Shown in pieces: positions 26,546 through 39,409 of a DNA stretch of 63,246 nucleotides; position 1 is the stretch's first letter, and each line of letters starts with the position of its first letter. The position numbers and the translations under genes are program-made. The DNA is from Chiloscyllium plagiosum. Lineage: Eukaryota. Location: positions 34,067,016-34,130,261 of the forward strand of contig NC_057720.1 of the NCBI RefSeq assembly GCF_004010195.1. Reading direction: 5' to 3'. The notes beneath the pieces are model-generated. The model did not search any database and was not told the origin of the DNA. It saw only the letters and a program-made list of their open reading frames with translations.

Positions 26546-27629
26546 CAAGACAGTAGTGAATATTTGGCATTCTCTACTCCATAGCATTTTGGAGGCTAAA
26601 TCACTGAAAGCATTGAAAGAGGAGATGGATAGTTTTTTTTTAATGATGTTTTTAACTGTGCTAAAGGCTACAACGATGAGGAGTTATGACACATGATGGT
26701 ACCAGAATAGATCATTCATGACTTTGGTTGGAGCCATTTTGGTGTTGTAGAAGGGACAGTCTGGGACAGAATTGGAGAGATTCAGACAGAGACAAAAGCA
26801 CAAATCTAAATGATAACATCTTGAAAGAATTTGCTGAAAAGTGGAAATTGGACAGCTGGTGAGAGCACAGTCAAGAGGGAGACATTCTAAAGAGGATGAG
26901 TACTTTTGAAGTGTAGTTAATAGTGTTTTTCATCAAAGTGCTTCTACCTGTGAAGTACATCTGTACTTCAGGCAACCCTTTTAAGTGTGAACACAAAACA
27001 ATAAATATCACTATTCTTTCTGAGAAGGCAGTTAATTGAATGCTTATGTGTTGTTATCCATACAGCTGTTCCAAAATCTTCTGTGGTAGACATTAACAAA
27101 AAAGTTTATTTTAACCACGGCAGACTGTTTGAGTGGAATATTCTTGAAAAGCATTGTCAGCGCTCAAGGGATTAAACTGACTGCACATCTACACAGCCTT
27201 GCGGAAAGAAAGACTACAGAAAACAAACCTGGAATAAAAGTTGGGGAATGAACATTTACGGATCATAGCGTTAAACAGAAGAGTAGAGAGACAGCAAGAA
27301 ACGAAGCCGTGAAATAAAGATGATGGCAAAGGATTTGGCGAGTTTAAGGGCTAGACAAAGACCAGACATCGTAGTTAAATGTCGGGTGGAGACGAAAATG
27401 TCATGTAACAAAGTAATATCACAAAAAAAATTCGGAGAGAGAGAATATGAAACACCAGAAAGCAGACCAGAAAGGGAACAGAAACAACTAGACAGACATG
27501 AAGCAACTTTCTGTGAGAATCCCAATTGTAGTTTATCATCTAATTGGGATTTTGCCCCTGAGTCCTCCTTAACAAAATGCCAGCTCTGTCCCCTGCAACA
27601 ATGGGATTTCTCGATGGCCGCTTTGATAC

Positions 27630-27953
27630 CTGGAAGGGCTGGCCCAGCTCGTACACAGCTCCGCGGTATTCACAGCCGATCCTCTCGCAGCGGGGGCAGC
27701 AGTCGCTCGGGTAGTGGCTGACATGGATACAGGCTGGAGGCAGCGGTCCACACTCGGTGTGAGGGGTGCACACTGGGCCGGCCAGCGTGCACTCGCATTG
27801 GCTACAGGGATCCAACTCCAGCGTGTACCACTCACCCACATAATAAACCCTGCCGTTCGCCTCGCAAGTCCTGGGCATTGAGAATGCCAGGCTGTGCCCT
27901 CCTAACAGTGCCAGGAGCAGGGAGAAAAGCAGCTGGCCCGCCTGCACTGACAT
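27630..27953 (-). CDS. von Willebrand factor C domain-containing protein 2-like (Brorin-family paralogue), coding exon 1
   Basis: ATG at 27953 (agcagcATG, A at -3). Signal peptide MSVQAGQLLFSLLLALLGGHSLA, then a 10-Cys VWC domain (CEANGRVYYVGEW...CSQCEC...CCPRC) and the start of a second (CEYRGAVYELGQPFQ). Ends at CAG|gtatca donor, phase 0, 324 nt. An in-frame upstream ATG at 28016 has a weaker context. Confidence 0.92.
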
Positions 27954-28140
27954 GCTGCTTGGTGGCTCCTTGTAAATCCGGAGGCTGCAATGATGCGGGA
28001 GGATTGTTTGTAGCATCTGGGATTGGAGAGGCAACTTTCCGTCCAAATGCGCAGGAATGCTGCCGTATCGATCTGGTCTCCTCCGCTCTCTCCGTTTCCA
28101 GACGTTTGGATACGGCGGTCACTGCGAAAAAATAAACTTT
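27954..28140 (-). promoter_or_regulatory. CpG-rich 5' UTR part of the VWC2-like ATG exon with a probable splice acceptor
   Basis: Minus strand reads aaagtttattttttcgcag|TGACCG at 28122/28121, a strong acceptor, implying an upstream non-coding exon. CpG-rich from about 27610 to 28200. Confidence 0.45.
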
Positions 28141-28590
28141 CGTTTCAAATAAATGCTCGAACAGATTTTTAAAACTCTTTTGGGAAAACGCCGAGATCTA
28201 TCTTTGTGGATTTCGGGAAGAGGGGGAGTAACTGCAGCAGCAGCTGTAAATGTAGAATTTGCAAAACGTTCAAATTCCAGCTGTAAACGAAATGCAAAAT
28301 AAAAGTCACTGCTTATGTCTATTGGTTCGTCACCCAAATGTCTCCTTTAGTCCCCCTTTCAGCTCTGATCTCCAGCATCTGCAGACCTCACTTTCTCCAC
28401 CTTTATTCCCCCCCCAGCGAGAGCTTGACGCTGCAATGTCTGCTCAGGACATGAGTTTGATTGTTATTCTCAGTGGGAGGGATTCTTTGCCCAGGATTAT
28501 CGATTTGTCTTGATTTTCCTGCCTATCTTGTGTCACTGCAGATACCAAGAGTCGTCCCACCCACTCGCACGTGCTGGACCAATAAAAAAA

Positions 28591-29827
28591 GGTTAAAAAT
28601 CACACAACACCAGGTTATAGTCCAACAGGCTTAATTGGAAGCACTAGCTTTCAGAGCGCTGCTCCTTCATCAGGTGGTTGTGGAGAACACAATTGTAAGA
28701 AACAGAATTTATAGCAAAAGTTTGCAATGTGATGTAATTGAAATTATACATTGAAAAATACCTTGATTGTTTGTTAAGGCTCTCATCTGTTAGAATGACC
28801 ATGTTAGTTTCATTTCTTTCATACATAAATCACAAATCTCACGTTAACTTTAAAAATTGGTATCAGAAAATATGTTGAAGGTGTTAGCCCGTGTTCTCTG
28901 TCTGTGCCATAATCTTTAGACTGATTCTAATCTAAAAAATGAGTTAACAGAGTCTTACGTGGATTCATGCAGTTTTTAAGCAGAGTACAATGTAACTCTG
29001 CAAGTATAAATTCACCCCACATATGTATATGTGTATGTGTGTGTGTCAGGGGTGGGGGTTTGTGAGCGTCTGTGAGAGAGAAACGTGTAAACGGGTCAAA
29101 GTCTGTGGAGGGTGCATGTGTGAGTGTGGGAGTGTGTGTCTGTAGGAGTGTGTGTGTCAGTGTGCGTGTCTGTGTATAGGAGTGTCTGTGTGTGTGTAGG
29201 AGTGCCTTTGTGTGTGTGTGTGTATGCAGGAGTGTCTGTGTTTGTGTAGAGTGCAATGGTAGTCACCTGTAGTGTGACATGAACCCAAGGTCCCAGTTGA
29301 GGCCCTCCCCATGGGTAGCGAACTTAGGTATTAGCCTCTGCTCAGCCATTTTTCGTTGCTGCCTGTCCTGAAGTCCGCCTTGGAGGATGGTCACTCGAAG
29401 GTCCGAGGTCGAATGTCCTGGACCACTGAAATGTTCCCCAACTGCGAGGGAACACTCCTGTCTGTTGATTGTTGTGCGGTGCCCATTCATCTATTGCCGT
29501 AGCCTCTGCTCGGTTTCCCCAATGTTAAAGTTAACCTGAGAATGTAAGTTTAAAACACGTTTTGTGATTTACATATGAAAGAAGTGAAAGCAACATGGTC
29601 ATTCTAACAGATGGGAGACTTAACAAACAATCAAGGTATTTTTCAATGTATAATTTCAGTTATATCACACTGTAAACTTTTGCTATAAATTCTGTGTCTC
29701 ACAATTGTGTACTCCACAACCACCTGATGAAGGAGCTAGTGCTTCCAATTAAACTTGTTGTACTATAATCTGGTGTTGTGTGATTTTTAACTTTGTACAC
29801 CCCAGTCCAACACTGGCATCTCCAAAC
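28591..29827 (-). mobile_element. Penelope element with inverted pseudo-LTRs and GIY-YIG C-terminus
   Basis: 28591-28853 is the reverse complement of ~29525-29790. ORF 29263-29490 MNGHRTTI...VGEHFSGPGHS..DLRVTILQ...EQRLI..F..H.EGLN is a Penelope endonuclease tail. Internal (TG)n tract at ~29025-29250. Confidence 0.9.
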
Positions 29828-29830
29828 CAA

Positions 29831-29960
29831 AATTGAATAAAGATTTGTACACCTGTTGTCTTTCACTGTTTCTCACATCTGCACATACACATCATGGGTG
29901 CTGGGGAAAATATAAGCACTACCGCAATTAGGCAGTAGTATGGGGCTAATGTTTAAAAAA
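29831..29960 (+). mobile_element. Poly(A) retroposon 3' end (Tx1/L1-like), same family as the 45-kb array
   Basis: AATAAAGATTTGTACAC...CATGGGTGCTGGGGAAAA..AAGCACTACCGC..., then an A tract; the reverse complement of the 45-kb units. Confidence 0.7.
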
Positions 29961-30219
29961 TACCCAGGAGATTTAGAGTCTCCTCGGTTTAGGGAACTGA
30001 CTCTGGGCTGGATGGTGCCACAGTCTGTGTGTTCCTGTTGGTATTGAGGAGGAGAGTTTCTTTGTCTTTTTCCCTCTTCGTTTAGGGAAGATATTTGTTT
30101 CTTTTATTGGAAGTTTCTTTACAGAGAAAAAATATTAAAAAAGGAATTTAAAAAACCAGGAGATTTAGAGTCCCCGCAGTTCAGGGGACTGAGTCTGTGC
30201 TGGAAAACAAAATAAAGTC

Positions 30220-30760
30220 AAAGAGGTCTACAGCATGGAAACAGGCCCTTTTCCCAACCTGTCCATATCGCCCAATTTTCACAATTTAAACTAGTCCCAT
30301 CTGCCTACTTTTGGTCCATATCCCTCCGTACCTATTCCATCCATGAACCTGTCTAAATGTTTCTTAAATGACAAATTGTAGTCCCTTCCACCACTACCTC
30401 TGTAGCCCGTTCCAGACACTCACCACCTTCTTTGTGAAGAATATGGCCCTCTGAACCCTTTTGTTATTTCTCCCGTCTCAAGTTAAACCTATGCCCTGTA
30501 GTTTTGGACTCCCCTACCATGGGGAAAAGCTGTTAGCTATCTACTTTAGCTATTCCTCTCATTTTTATAGACCTCTATCAGTCTCCTACACTCCAGGGAA
30601 AAAAAGTCTCAGCCTTTCCAACCTATCCTTATAACTCAAACCTACCACTCCTGGTAGCATCCTAGCAAATGTTTTCTGCACTCTTTCTAGTTTAATAATA
30701 TCCTTTCCATAGTAGGACAACCAGAACTACATACATACTGCAAATGTGGCCTTACCATAG
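30220..30760 (-). mobile_element. CR1 LINE 3' end
   Basis: Reverse complement of a CR1 tail/UTR (acagcatggaaacaggccc...aacctatgccctgtagttttggactccc). Confidence 0.75.
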
Positions 30761-32019
30761 CACCATATTACCAAGGCGTTTCTATCCTAGATTGGAATTA
30801 TTGGGTGTAAGGACCGCTATGTCAAGGAGTTAGGTTTGAGATATTGTTACCTGTTCATAGATGTTCTGACACACCTCTGGACAGATGGTACTCCAAGCCA
30901 AACCTTCTGACTCAAAGGTAAGGGGCTGGGATGACCTGATCATCTTGGCTTAACTAGATGGTTAGCAGGGGCACCAGGTTTCTGGAGCCTTAAATCAGAC
31001 ATTACTATGCCAAGTAAAGAATGGCAAAACTTAATTGTAGACTTCTCAACCAAAGGGACCACTGCGGTCAAGACAAAATAGAAGATTACAAAAGTCAGAT
31101 AAATTATAAATAATCTGTTGCTTCATCCAAGGTTAATATTGTACACTATTCTAATAGCTTATTATTGAGAGCATCATACGCTCTTATAGGACGCACCAGT
31201 TGGACTCACAAAGTGTCAGTCTCAAGTTACATTTATTGAATACAAGATTTTTAACACAAGAAGCAATGATGAATGATGAAGCAAAATTCCTTTCCCGTTG
31301 TGTTAATAGATTTGTGTATTTTACCAGGTGCTCACAAAAAACAGGCTGCAGCTTTATTCATTGCATTTTTGATGAATAAATTTTAATGATACTTTTTTAA
31401 AAATTCTTCTAAGTTGAATCAAATGCTATTAATTAAAATTAAAACATATTCAGCAAGACATTAATGTACAAAAGGAAAGTACAGCAGATATTTAGTAGTC
31501 TGACATGAAAACTAGAAATGTCTGAAAAAAACTCAGAAGGTCGGCAGTTAACATTCCAGGTCAATGATTTTTTTTCCTTAAAACCTCTCTGTTTAATTGG
31601 CAGGCACAACTGTGAGCATATATTTGCTTGTCAACTTAATTCTCCACCTTGCTGTCAACGCTGATTGCTCCTTGTTGTTTTCTCGCACAATCAAACCACA
31701 TGAAACCTCATGGTCCAGCATATTCTCTCCCTGTTTATGATCAAACGGGGGTTCAATTCTGTTCAGTAAACAATGTTGGAGGACATGCCAGGAGCAACAT
31801 GTGACAAAACATGCCTGAAAATGAGATGTCAATCTGGTAAAGTAACCACACTTGCAGGCCAAGTAATGTAAGCTGAACACAAAGGACAGAACTGTGATAC
31901 CATAACCAAGGGATCAGACATATGCTCTGCAGGCTTGCCATTTTAGTTGTAAATAACTGACCAGAGTGAGATTACTTAGCATTTCCATCAATGAATCCTT
32001 CACAATCAACACTCTGATT

Positions 32020-32580
32020 ATTACCATTGACATGAAGCTGAACTGGACCAGCAACATAATTATTGCAGCTACAAGAGCAGGTTAGAGGTTAGGAATTTTG
32101 CAGCATGTAATTCAAGCCCTGACTCCTTGAAGTCTGTCCACCAATGAATAATTGAGAGCCTTGAAAATATCTGGGATAAAGCAGCTCGTTTGATAGATAC
32201 CCCATCCACGACCTTCAACATTTAATCTCTCCAGCAGCAACGGCAATACTGTGTATCATCTTCAACAAGATACACTTCAGCATTGCATGAAGACTCATTT
32301 GCAGTACATTCTCCAACACCCACAATCTTTACCACCCATAAGATCAAAGGCAATGGAATACCGCCACCTATAGGATTCCCACCTAACCGAATACCATCCT
32401 GATTTGAAGCTATATCACAATTCCTTCACTGTGATGTGATCAAAACATTTGGCACTCCCTTCCAAATTGCACTATGAGTGCAATTGTGTATCTACACTAC
32501 AAAAAGCGAACTCACCACCACCTTCTCAATGCCAGGTGGCAATGGGCAATAAATGCTTGCTTAGCCAACAATATCCACAC
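32020..32580 (+). mobile_element. Old LINE (CR1/L2 group) 3' fragment
   Basis: aactggaccagc..gctacaagagcagg and ..ctcaccaccaccttctcaa..aataaatgct. Related pieces at ~13040-13350 (-) and ~57960-58110 (+). Confidence 0.5.
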
Positions 32581-34074
32581 AAAAGAAGAAAAAAAAGAAA
32601 CAAACCATTTTCTGTGCCATCATGTTATCCCACATTTATTGAATGAGTTGAACACACTCCAAATTTCTAAAACACACACAGGATTGTTCATGTCAAAATG
32701 CTATGTTGCCTCCCCTGAAGAATCTCTTCTCTGATCATCCAAACATTCAGCTTTTTTCTCATATTATCTTAATAGGACATATTGGAGAGGCATTGAATGG
32801 GTGACCAAGGCTGGTTCAACCTCCACAAATTACAACAGTATTTTGTAATTAAATTCTAGGATCAAATCAACAAATTGTGATCTGGACATAACCTAGAAGA
32901 GAAGACTTTTCTTTACTCCTACTCAGAATCTCCAAACTTTCCACACACAATTTTCAAACCAGCTTCAAATTCATCCTTTATCGTGAACATAGATGACTAC
33001 TTCATTTAGGAATTGCTGGTTTATCATCATTGGCTTAAATTTTGTCCCATCTTCACTAATATCGTTTTCTCTTCAACTTTGCTCACTATTTGACTGGCCA
33101 ACATGTCAAAACTCATTCATGCTTTTGTTCATGTTTGATTAAAAATAGCTGAAATCCAATAAGCCTCTTATCAGGTTCTCCTCAGAGGGGCTGTGGAACT
33201 TTGTCTTCTGTTACAGAACAACATAAACATGTTACACCATTCAGAACTGCTTGGAAATTTACAATGCCTAATTTTCTCACTTGTTTCAGGGCAACAATTT
33301 GGACAAATCCTCAAAAAGTAGAGTCCATTCTGGCAATTTGCATTGACATGTTTTGCACTTAGTCTTTCAACAGTGGCCACATGCTAGACTTTGCTATTTA
33401 CTCTTAGACATCTTCCTAAGCTTCCTCTAATCTCTAATATTCTTTGCTATATTGAAATCCCTAGCTGCTGCACAATTATTTGTCTGCTTTGCAATCTCAA
33501 CAACTTTAAGTATGAATTGAACTGTGCATCAGACATTCCTTCTTGATATCAAGTTGCCACATTAGAGGATGGGACGAGTGGGAACCCAGCATGCACCCAT
33601 GAGGTGGTAACCTTGACGACATGTTGCCATGCACAGATGCGAGGAGCTGAACAGTCACATTCAATGATGTATGTTTCATAGGGATGCCAGTGCACTATGC
33701 TGTATGAGCTGCTGCTCATGAGGGAGAAAGCTGTCAGTAATCTCCTTAAATAAAGAAAACTCAGAGCCTGCTTGGTCTAATGTAGTAGAGAAAAAACACT
33801 TCCTGGTTCAACTAGAAGAGTCTCTTACAATTAACAAGTTATAATCTATTGCATGTTAGCAACTAGTTACAGGTTACATTGACATGACAGATTATTAGTG
33901 AGGTATTGAGTGGGACCAGATGTTAAATCTCATTCCTTAAGACTTCACAAATCCTCATGACGTCAACATGGTGCTTATGGCTCTCCTCGGTATTAAAACT
34001 TTCAGACCCAAATGAAAGTGTCCTATTGTCTGGTCCTATCAATGAGTAGGTTTGCACAGGATGAGTTTGACCAC

Positions 34075-34590
34075 AACATGTAGGAGCAGAAGTAGGCCAT
34101 TTGACTCATCATAGCTCCTCTGAATCCTCAGCTCCACTTCCCTACCTTTCTTCGTAAGCCTCAATTCCCTTAATGATAAGAAAATCTGTCCATCTTAGCC
34201 TTGAATACACTTAACAACACAGCTTTGACAGCTCTCTGCCATAAACAATTCCACAGATTCATTATCATATGAGAGAAAAAAATCCTCTTCATCTCTGTCT
34301 CAAATTGGTGGCCTACCTTTCTGAGATTACGCCCTCTGGTCCAGCTAAGGAAAACAACCTCTGTGCACCTACCATGTCAAGTCCCCTAAAAATCTTATCT
34401 GTTTCAATAAGGTCTCTTCTCATTCTTCTAAACTCTAATAATTACAAACCCAACCTACTCAACCTCTCCTTTTAAGAAAATCCCTTCATACCCAGGATCA
34501 ATGTTAAATCTTTTCTGGACTGCCTCCAATGCCAACATATCTTTCCTTGGATAAAGGGATCAAAACGGTTCACAGTATTCCAGGTTGACT
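34075..34590 (-). mobile_element. CR1 LINE 3' end
   Basis: taggagcagaagtaggccatt...tttcaataaggtctcttctcattcttctaaactc; antisense CR1 tail. Confidence 0.7.
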
Positions 34591-35897
34591 TTAGCAGGGA
34601 GTGCATGGTAAGTAGAGTGAGATTGGATTTTTAAGTTAGAAGTACAGGTTGAGTTTTATGTAGGTTTGATCATTACTCAAGTACACACAGCATTTGAGTT
34701 TTAAAGTGTGCTGTGGAGTTTATTCCATAATGGGATTTCCAGCTGATGAACACAAAGAATAGAACAGGAGAAGATTGTACAGCTTGTTGAGCCTGTTCTG
34801 CCAAGCAATCACCAATCAGATTGACGATTTTGATATTTGCATTTAATATGGAATTTCATTATAAGGCATTGAATCATGCAATGTCACATTTAAAACAAAT
34901 CATAGATTCTACTGGTTGTACATCAAGTGAAGAGCCACAAAGGACAAGCTAATGTAAGCAGCAACAATTTTAAAGATGAAAGGAAAATTGAGCGTGCTGA
35001 CAGGCCTGAAATAAAAACAGGAAAAACAGGAAACAATTACACTCAGGAAATTCTTGTTTGATGTACAGGGATAGAAATGATTGCACTTGAGATGCCCTTA
35101 TTTATTTATCTATTAAAACACAAGGCAATCTGTAACTAAGGGACATAACCTCAGTTTTTACCTTAATGCTCATCAGGTTTCTTTCATCTGAGTGAATAAC
35201 ATCTCTTACATAATTTTCCTCTGATTCTATGGTATGAAGTGTGTGAAATCATATCAAGGCAGTTACAACATTTGCATGTTTAAATTTCATTTACTTTTTT
35301 GTGGAATGGAATGCCACCAAATGACAGATCCAATATTTCAAAAGGCACCCATGAGAGTTCCAATTAGCATCAGCATAACAAACTCATTTGTGGCAAGAAT
35401 TCACTTCATTGTCAAGACCACCTAATTCCAGTTCAGTAACATTGCCAACTATTTCCCTATCTCAGCCAATCTGCTACTGAACCACTCATCCATCTGTTTG
35501 ATACTTCTAGTCTTAATTATTCCAATGCTATCCTGGTGAGCATTTCATCATCCATTTTACATAGCACTGAGTTTATCCAAGAGTTTCTTTCCCTCATGTT
35601 CTAACACACATTGTTCCATTCACCAATCATCTCTGAATTCATAGAATCATTTGGGGTTTGCTTTAATTTTAAAATTCTCATTCTTGTTTTAAAATGCCCT
35701 CATTTTCTCTATCCTTGTAACGTCCTCTAACCTGACAATCTTGCAAAATCTCTCCCTCCAATTCCAGCCTATTGCTGAATTTGATCTTCTTGTCTGTACC
35801 CTAACTGCTGGAATTTACTCTCTGAATCTCTGCATCTTTCTTTCTCGCCTGGCTCTTTGACTCGGCTTTCAACTTTCTGTCCTAATATCTGTTGGTG

Positions 35898-36255
35898 TGA
35901 CCTCCCATCTATAGAATCCATCTACCAGGCCTGCTGTCAAGGAAAGGCTGCCAGCATTCTCAAAGATCCATCCCACCCTGGCAATGCGTTTCTACAACCT
36001 CTACCATCGGGGAGAAGGTACAGAAGCCTGAACACACGCACCAGCCGGTTTCGAAACAGTTTCTACCCTGTTGTTCGAATATTGAATGGACTCACAAACT
36101 CTTAGCACTTGCTTGTACCTGTGCTTTCGTTTTGTCGCTCTTTACCTACTATTAACTTATCTATGCTATTTAATTATGTGAGGTGCTTGTATTGCTCGCA
36201 AGACAAAGCTTTTCACTGTGCCTCGATACACATGACAATAAATTCAATTCAATTT
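35898..36255 (+). mobile_element. Rex1/Babar 3' end, preceded by a degenerate L2-like fragment (~35460-35897)
   Basis: LPSIESIYQACCQGKAASILKDPSHPG...RFRNSFYP is near-identical to 22680-23030; AATAAATTCAATTCAA tail. Confidence 0.85.
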
Positions 36256-38199
36256 AATGTTAAAATGCACTTGCTAATCCTCTTCGGAAGTGCATTGGAA
36301 CAGTTTTTTTTTAAAATGTAAATACAAATTATTGTTGTTTTACAGAATCTTTTCAAAAAAAGGTTGACAGGTGGGAATTAATTGAATAGCCATTGTCCAA
36401 ATTTTATGATGCTGCTGAATGACTTACACATCAGGGTTAGATGAATGACACAACTTCAATTCAGACATATGATTCCAGTAAGGTCAATGCTAGGAGATTT
36501 ATGAAATCAGGCAAATTCCTGTAACTGAATAATAATAATAATAATAATTAGTAATATATGTCTCAAATTAATGAATTATATCTATGCACACTTTTTTTCT
36601 GCACAAGTTGATTTATTCTTAATACATTTGCAATGTTTCTTGTGCCACATTTTGTTTATTACGAATTCCTATGACCACATTTATAATCAGTTTTGTTTAT
36701 GTAAACTTGTCACAATATTGGTATAACATCCCAACCTTTGCAAACATATGGCACATTTAAACCCTATGCTTTGGTCTACTGATATTGGCCATGTAGTTCC
36801 TGCAAATGCGAAGATTCCCCAATGTATCTGCTTTTCAGATCCACATTGACAGAAAGCACAGATCATGTTTCTGTACTTCACAGAATTTATTACAAATATT
36901 TAGACCCTAAACAGTTCTGAACAGTCAGCATATATCTCTACTGATTAAAAGTTTAATCCCCTTATAAACTCCCACTTAGACACAGAGGAAAAAACAGATT
37001 ATGACTGGAGTGAAAAGCTAGGAAAAGAGTTCAGTGATTCCTGTTCACAAGGGTTGTTCAGATGTTTCTTATGATTCTTGTGTTGGCCTGAACACTGCTT
37101 CTCAATCATTCTTCTCCAGGTGTTTTCATGAGTTTTCAAGAGGCACATGGTGGCTGGTTCTTTTATAAAATGTCTCAGGCTTATTAATTAAACATCACAG
37201 CATATAGAACCTGTTAAAGGAAAGATAAGCTAATTTTCATTAGGCTTAAATTGGCTTTTACTATAGAGAAACAAGAGAGCTGGTGGTCCAAAAGCTTCTC
37301 TGCATCTTGTTCACAGCCCCAAACTGGTCAGGTACCTGGGAGCCAATCACGTAATTGTTAACAAGCAGAAGATCATTGTCATTGGTAACTAGTCACTAGC
37401 CCACAAACTAATCTGTTACATTTTGTCAATGAAAGCTCCATTAGTACACACTCTTCGTCTCCAGTTCATCTGCAACCACTGCTGTAATCCACTGCTGTGC
37501 ACAGTTTACACAATAAGTATCAAGTTACTTGCTTTCGAACCATACAACAATCCTCGCAATCCCTAATTTTAAAACAGTTCTTTTCTCATATTAAGCCACA
37601 ATTAAAAAAACAAGAAAAATAAAAATACATTGGCTTTAGAGTTGTAGAAACAGCTTATTAGATCCAATGAGTCCATGTTGTTGTATGTACTCGACCTGAA
37701 TTTCAACCCAATCCATTTATTTCAGACAAGTCTTTCTATTCCCTTTTCTCTTGTGTTCATCTGGTTTTATTTCCAAAGCCTCTAAGCTACTTGCTTCAAC
37801 CACTGCTTGCAGTATTGTGTTGTACAATTGTACTATTCTGAGTCAAGAAATTTCTTGTTTTTATCTATTTTATGCAATGTTCCCTAGTTTTAGATTCTCC
37901 TGCAAGTGAAAATGTTCCCTTCACACTTAACCTGACCAACCAATTTATTGATATAAAAACCTCTCTAAGATCTTTTTCTCAATTTTCTCTTTTTCTCAAC
38001 AAAAGAGACAGAACCTGCTCAAATGTTTTAAATTGCTGTAATTTCTTGGTCAGATGTCTTCCATTTCTTTTGTATTTTCTCCACTGCATCTATGTTCTTT
38101 TTATTGAATAAAAGACCAGAACAATGCACAGTAAATGTGGCCTGCCTAAGGTGCATTACAAGTTGATCATAAGATCACTACTTTTGAATTTAATTTGCC

Positions 38200-39320
38200 T
38201 TTTGTAAGGTTCCTCATAAAACCTTAGTGGGTAAAGTTATACCTTATTGGATTGGGGCGAATATATTAGCATGGATCAAAAATTGATTGACAGACAGGAT
38301 ACAGAGTGTGGAAATAAATGCGTCTTTTTCCGAGTGACAGGCTATGACTAGTGGGATACTGCAAAGATCAGTGTTTAGGGCAACAGCTATTCATTATATG
38401 TGACCATAAGAGTACCTTGGATGAGGAAACCATGAGAAATATTTCCAAGTTTACTGGTGACACAAACGTGAGTGGGATTATGAGTTCTGAGAGAATGCAT
38501 GGAGGCTTCTAAGTGATTAAGATAAATTGAGTGAGTTAGCAAACACATGGCCGTTACAACATGACTAAACATGAAGTCGTACACTTAGGTGTGTAAACCT
38601 ATGTTTTTAAATGGTGATATATTCAGAAGTATGGATGTAAAAAGGGATCTGGGTGTTCTTGTAAACCAGTAAATGCAAGCACACAGGCAAGTGCAGCCAG
38701 CAATTAGGAAGGCAAATGACATTCTAGCCTTCCTTGCAAAAGAATTTGAGTTCAGATATAGGAATATCCTACTGAAACTATACAGGGCCTTGGTGAAACC
38801 ACACCTGAAGTATTGTGTAGACTCCCTAAGAAAGCATATAGTTTCCATGGAGGGAGTGTATCAGAGGTTACATTCGGCTGATACTGGGGTTGGCAGGACT
38901 GTCTTAGCAGGAAATATTGATTTGACTGGGTCACTAGAATTTAGCAGGGTGAGAGGGAATCTGGTTGAAATGTGTAAAATTCTAAAAGGGCTGGACAGAG
39001 TAGGTATAGGGAGGATATTTTTGCTGCTTGGGGAAGTCTAGAACTGATGGATACAGTCTAACAATATGGAATAGATCATTTAGGTCTGAGATGAAGGAAG
39101 GTTTTGTCACACAAAAGGTAGTGAATCTGTGAAATTCTCTATTGGAGAACACAGTGGAGGTGAAGTCACTGAATATATTCAAGAAAGTGATCGATAAATG
39201 TTTGTAGATGTAAAGACGTCAAGGAGTATGGGGAGAAAGCAGGAACATGACATTGAGATCGAGGAGCAGCCACGATCAGATTGAATGGTGGACCTACTTC
39301 TCTTCCTAGTTTCGATGTTT
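38200..39320 (+). mobile_element. Older CR1 RT/3' fragment
   Basis: QVQPAIRKANDILAF, LYRALVKPHLKYC. Confidence 0.8.
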
Positions 39321-39409
39321 GAGTGTCATAGTTGTCATTTTAGGGTTTGAACTGCTTCAAGATGTTGCAGGTAAATCAACACAAGTTTAATTTAGCTGCT
39401 TACTGAACT

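Noticed and set aside
27540..28046. ORF-track 168-aa ORF as a single-exon gene
   Set aside because: It starts at a non-ATG codon and reads through the donor at 27629 into the intron, splitting the second VWC domain. The spliced model completes that domain.
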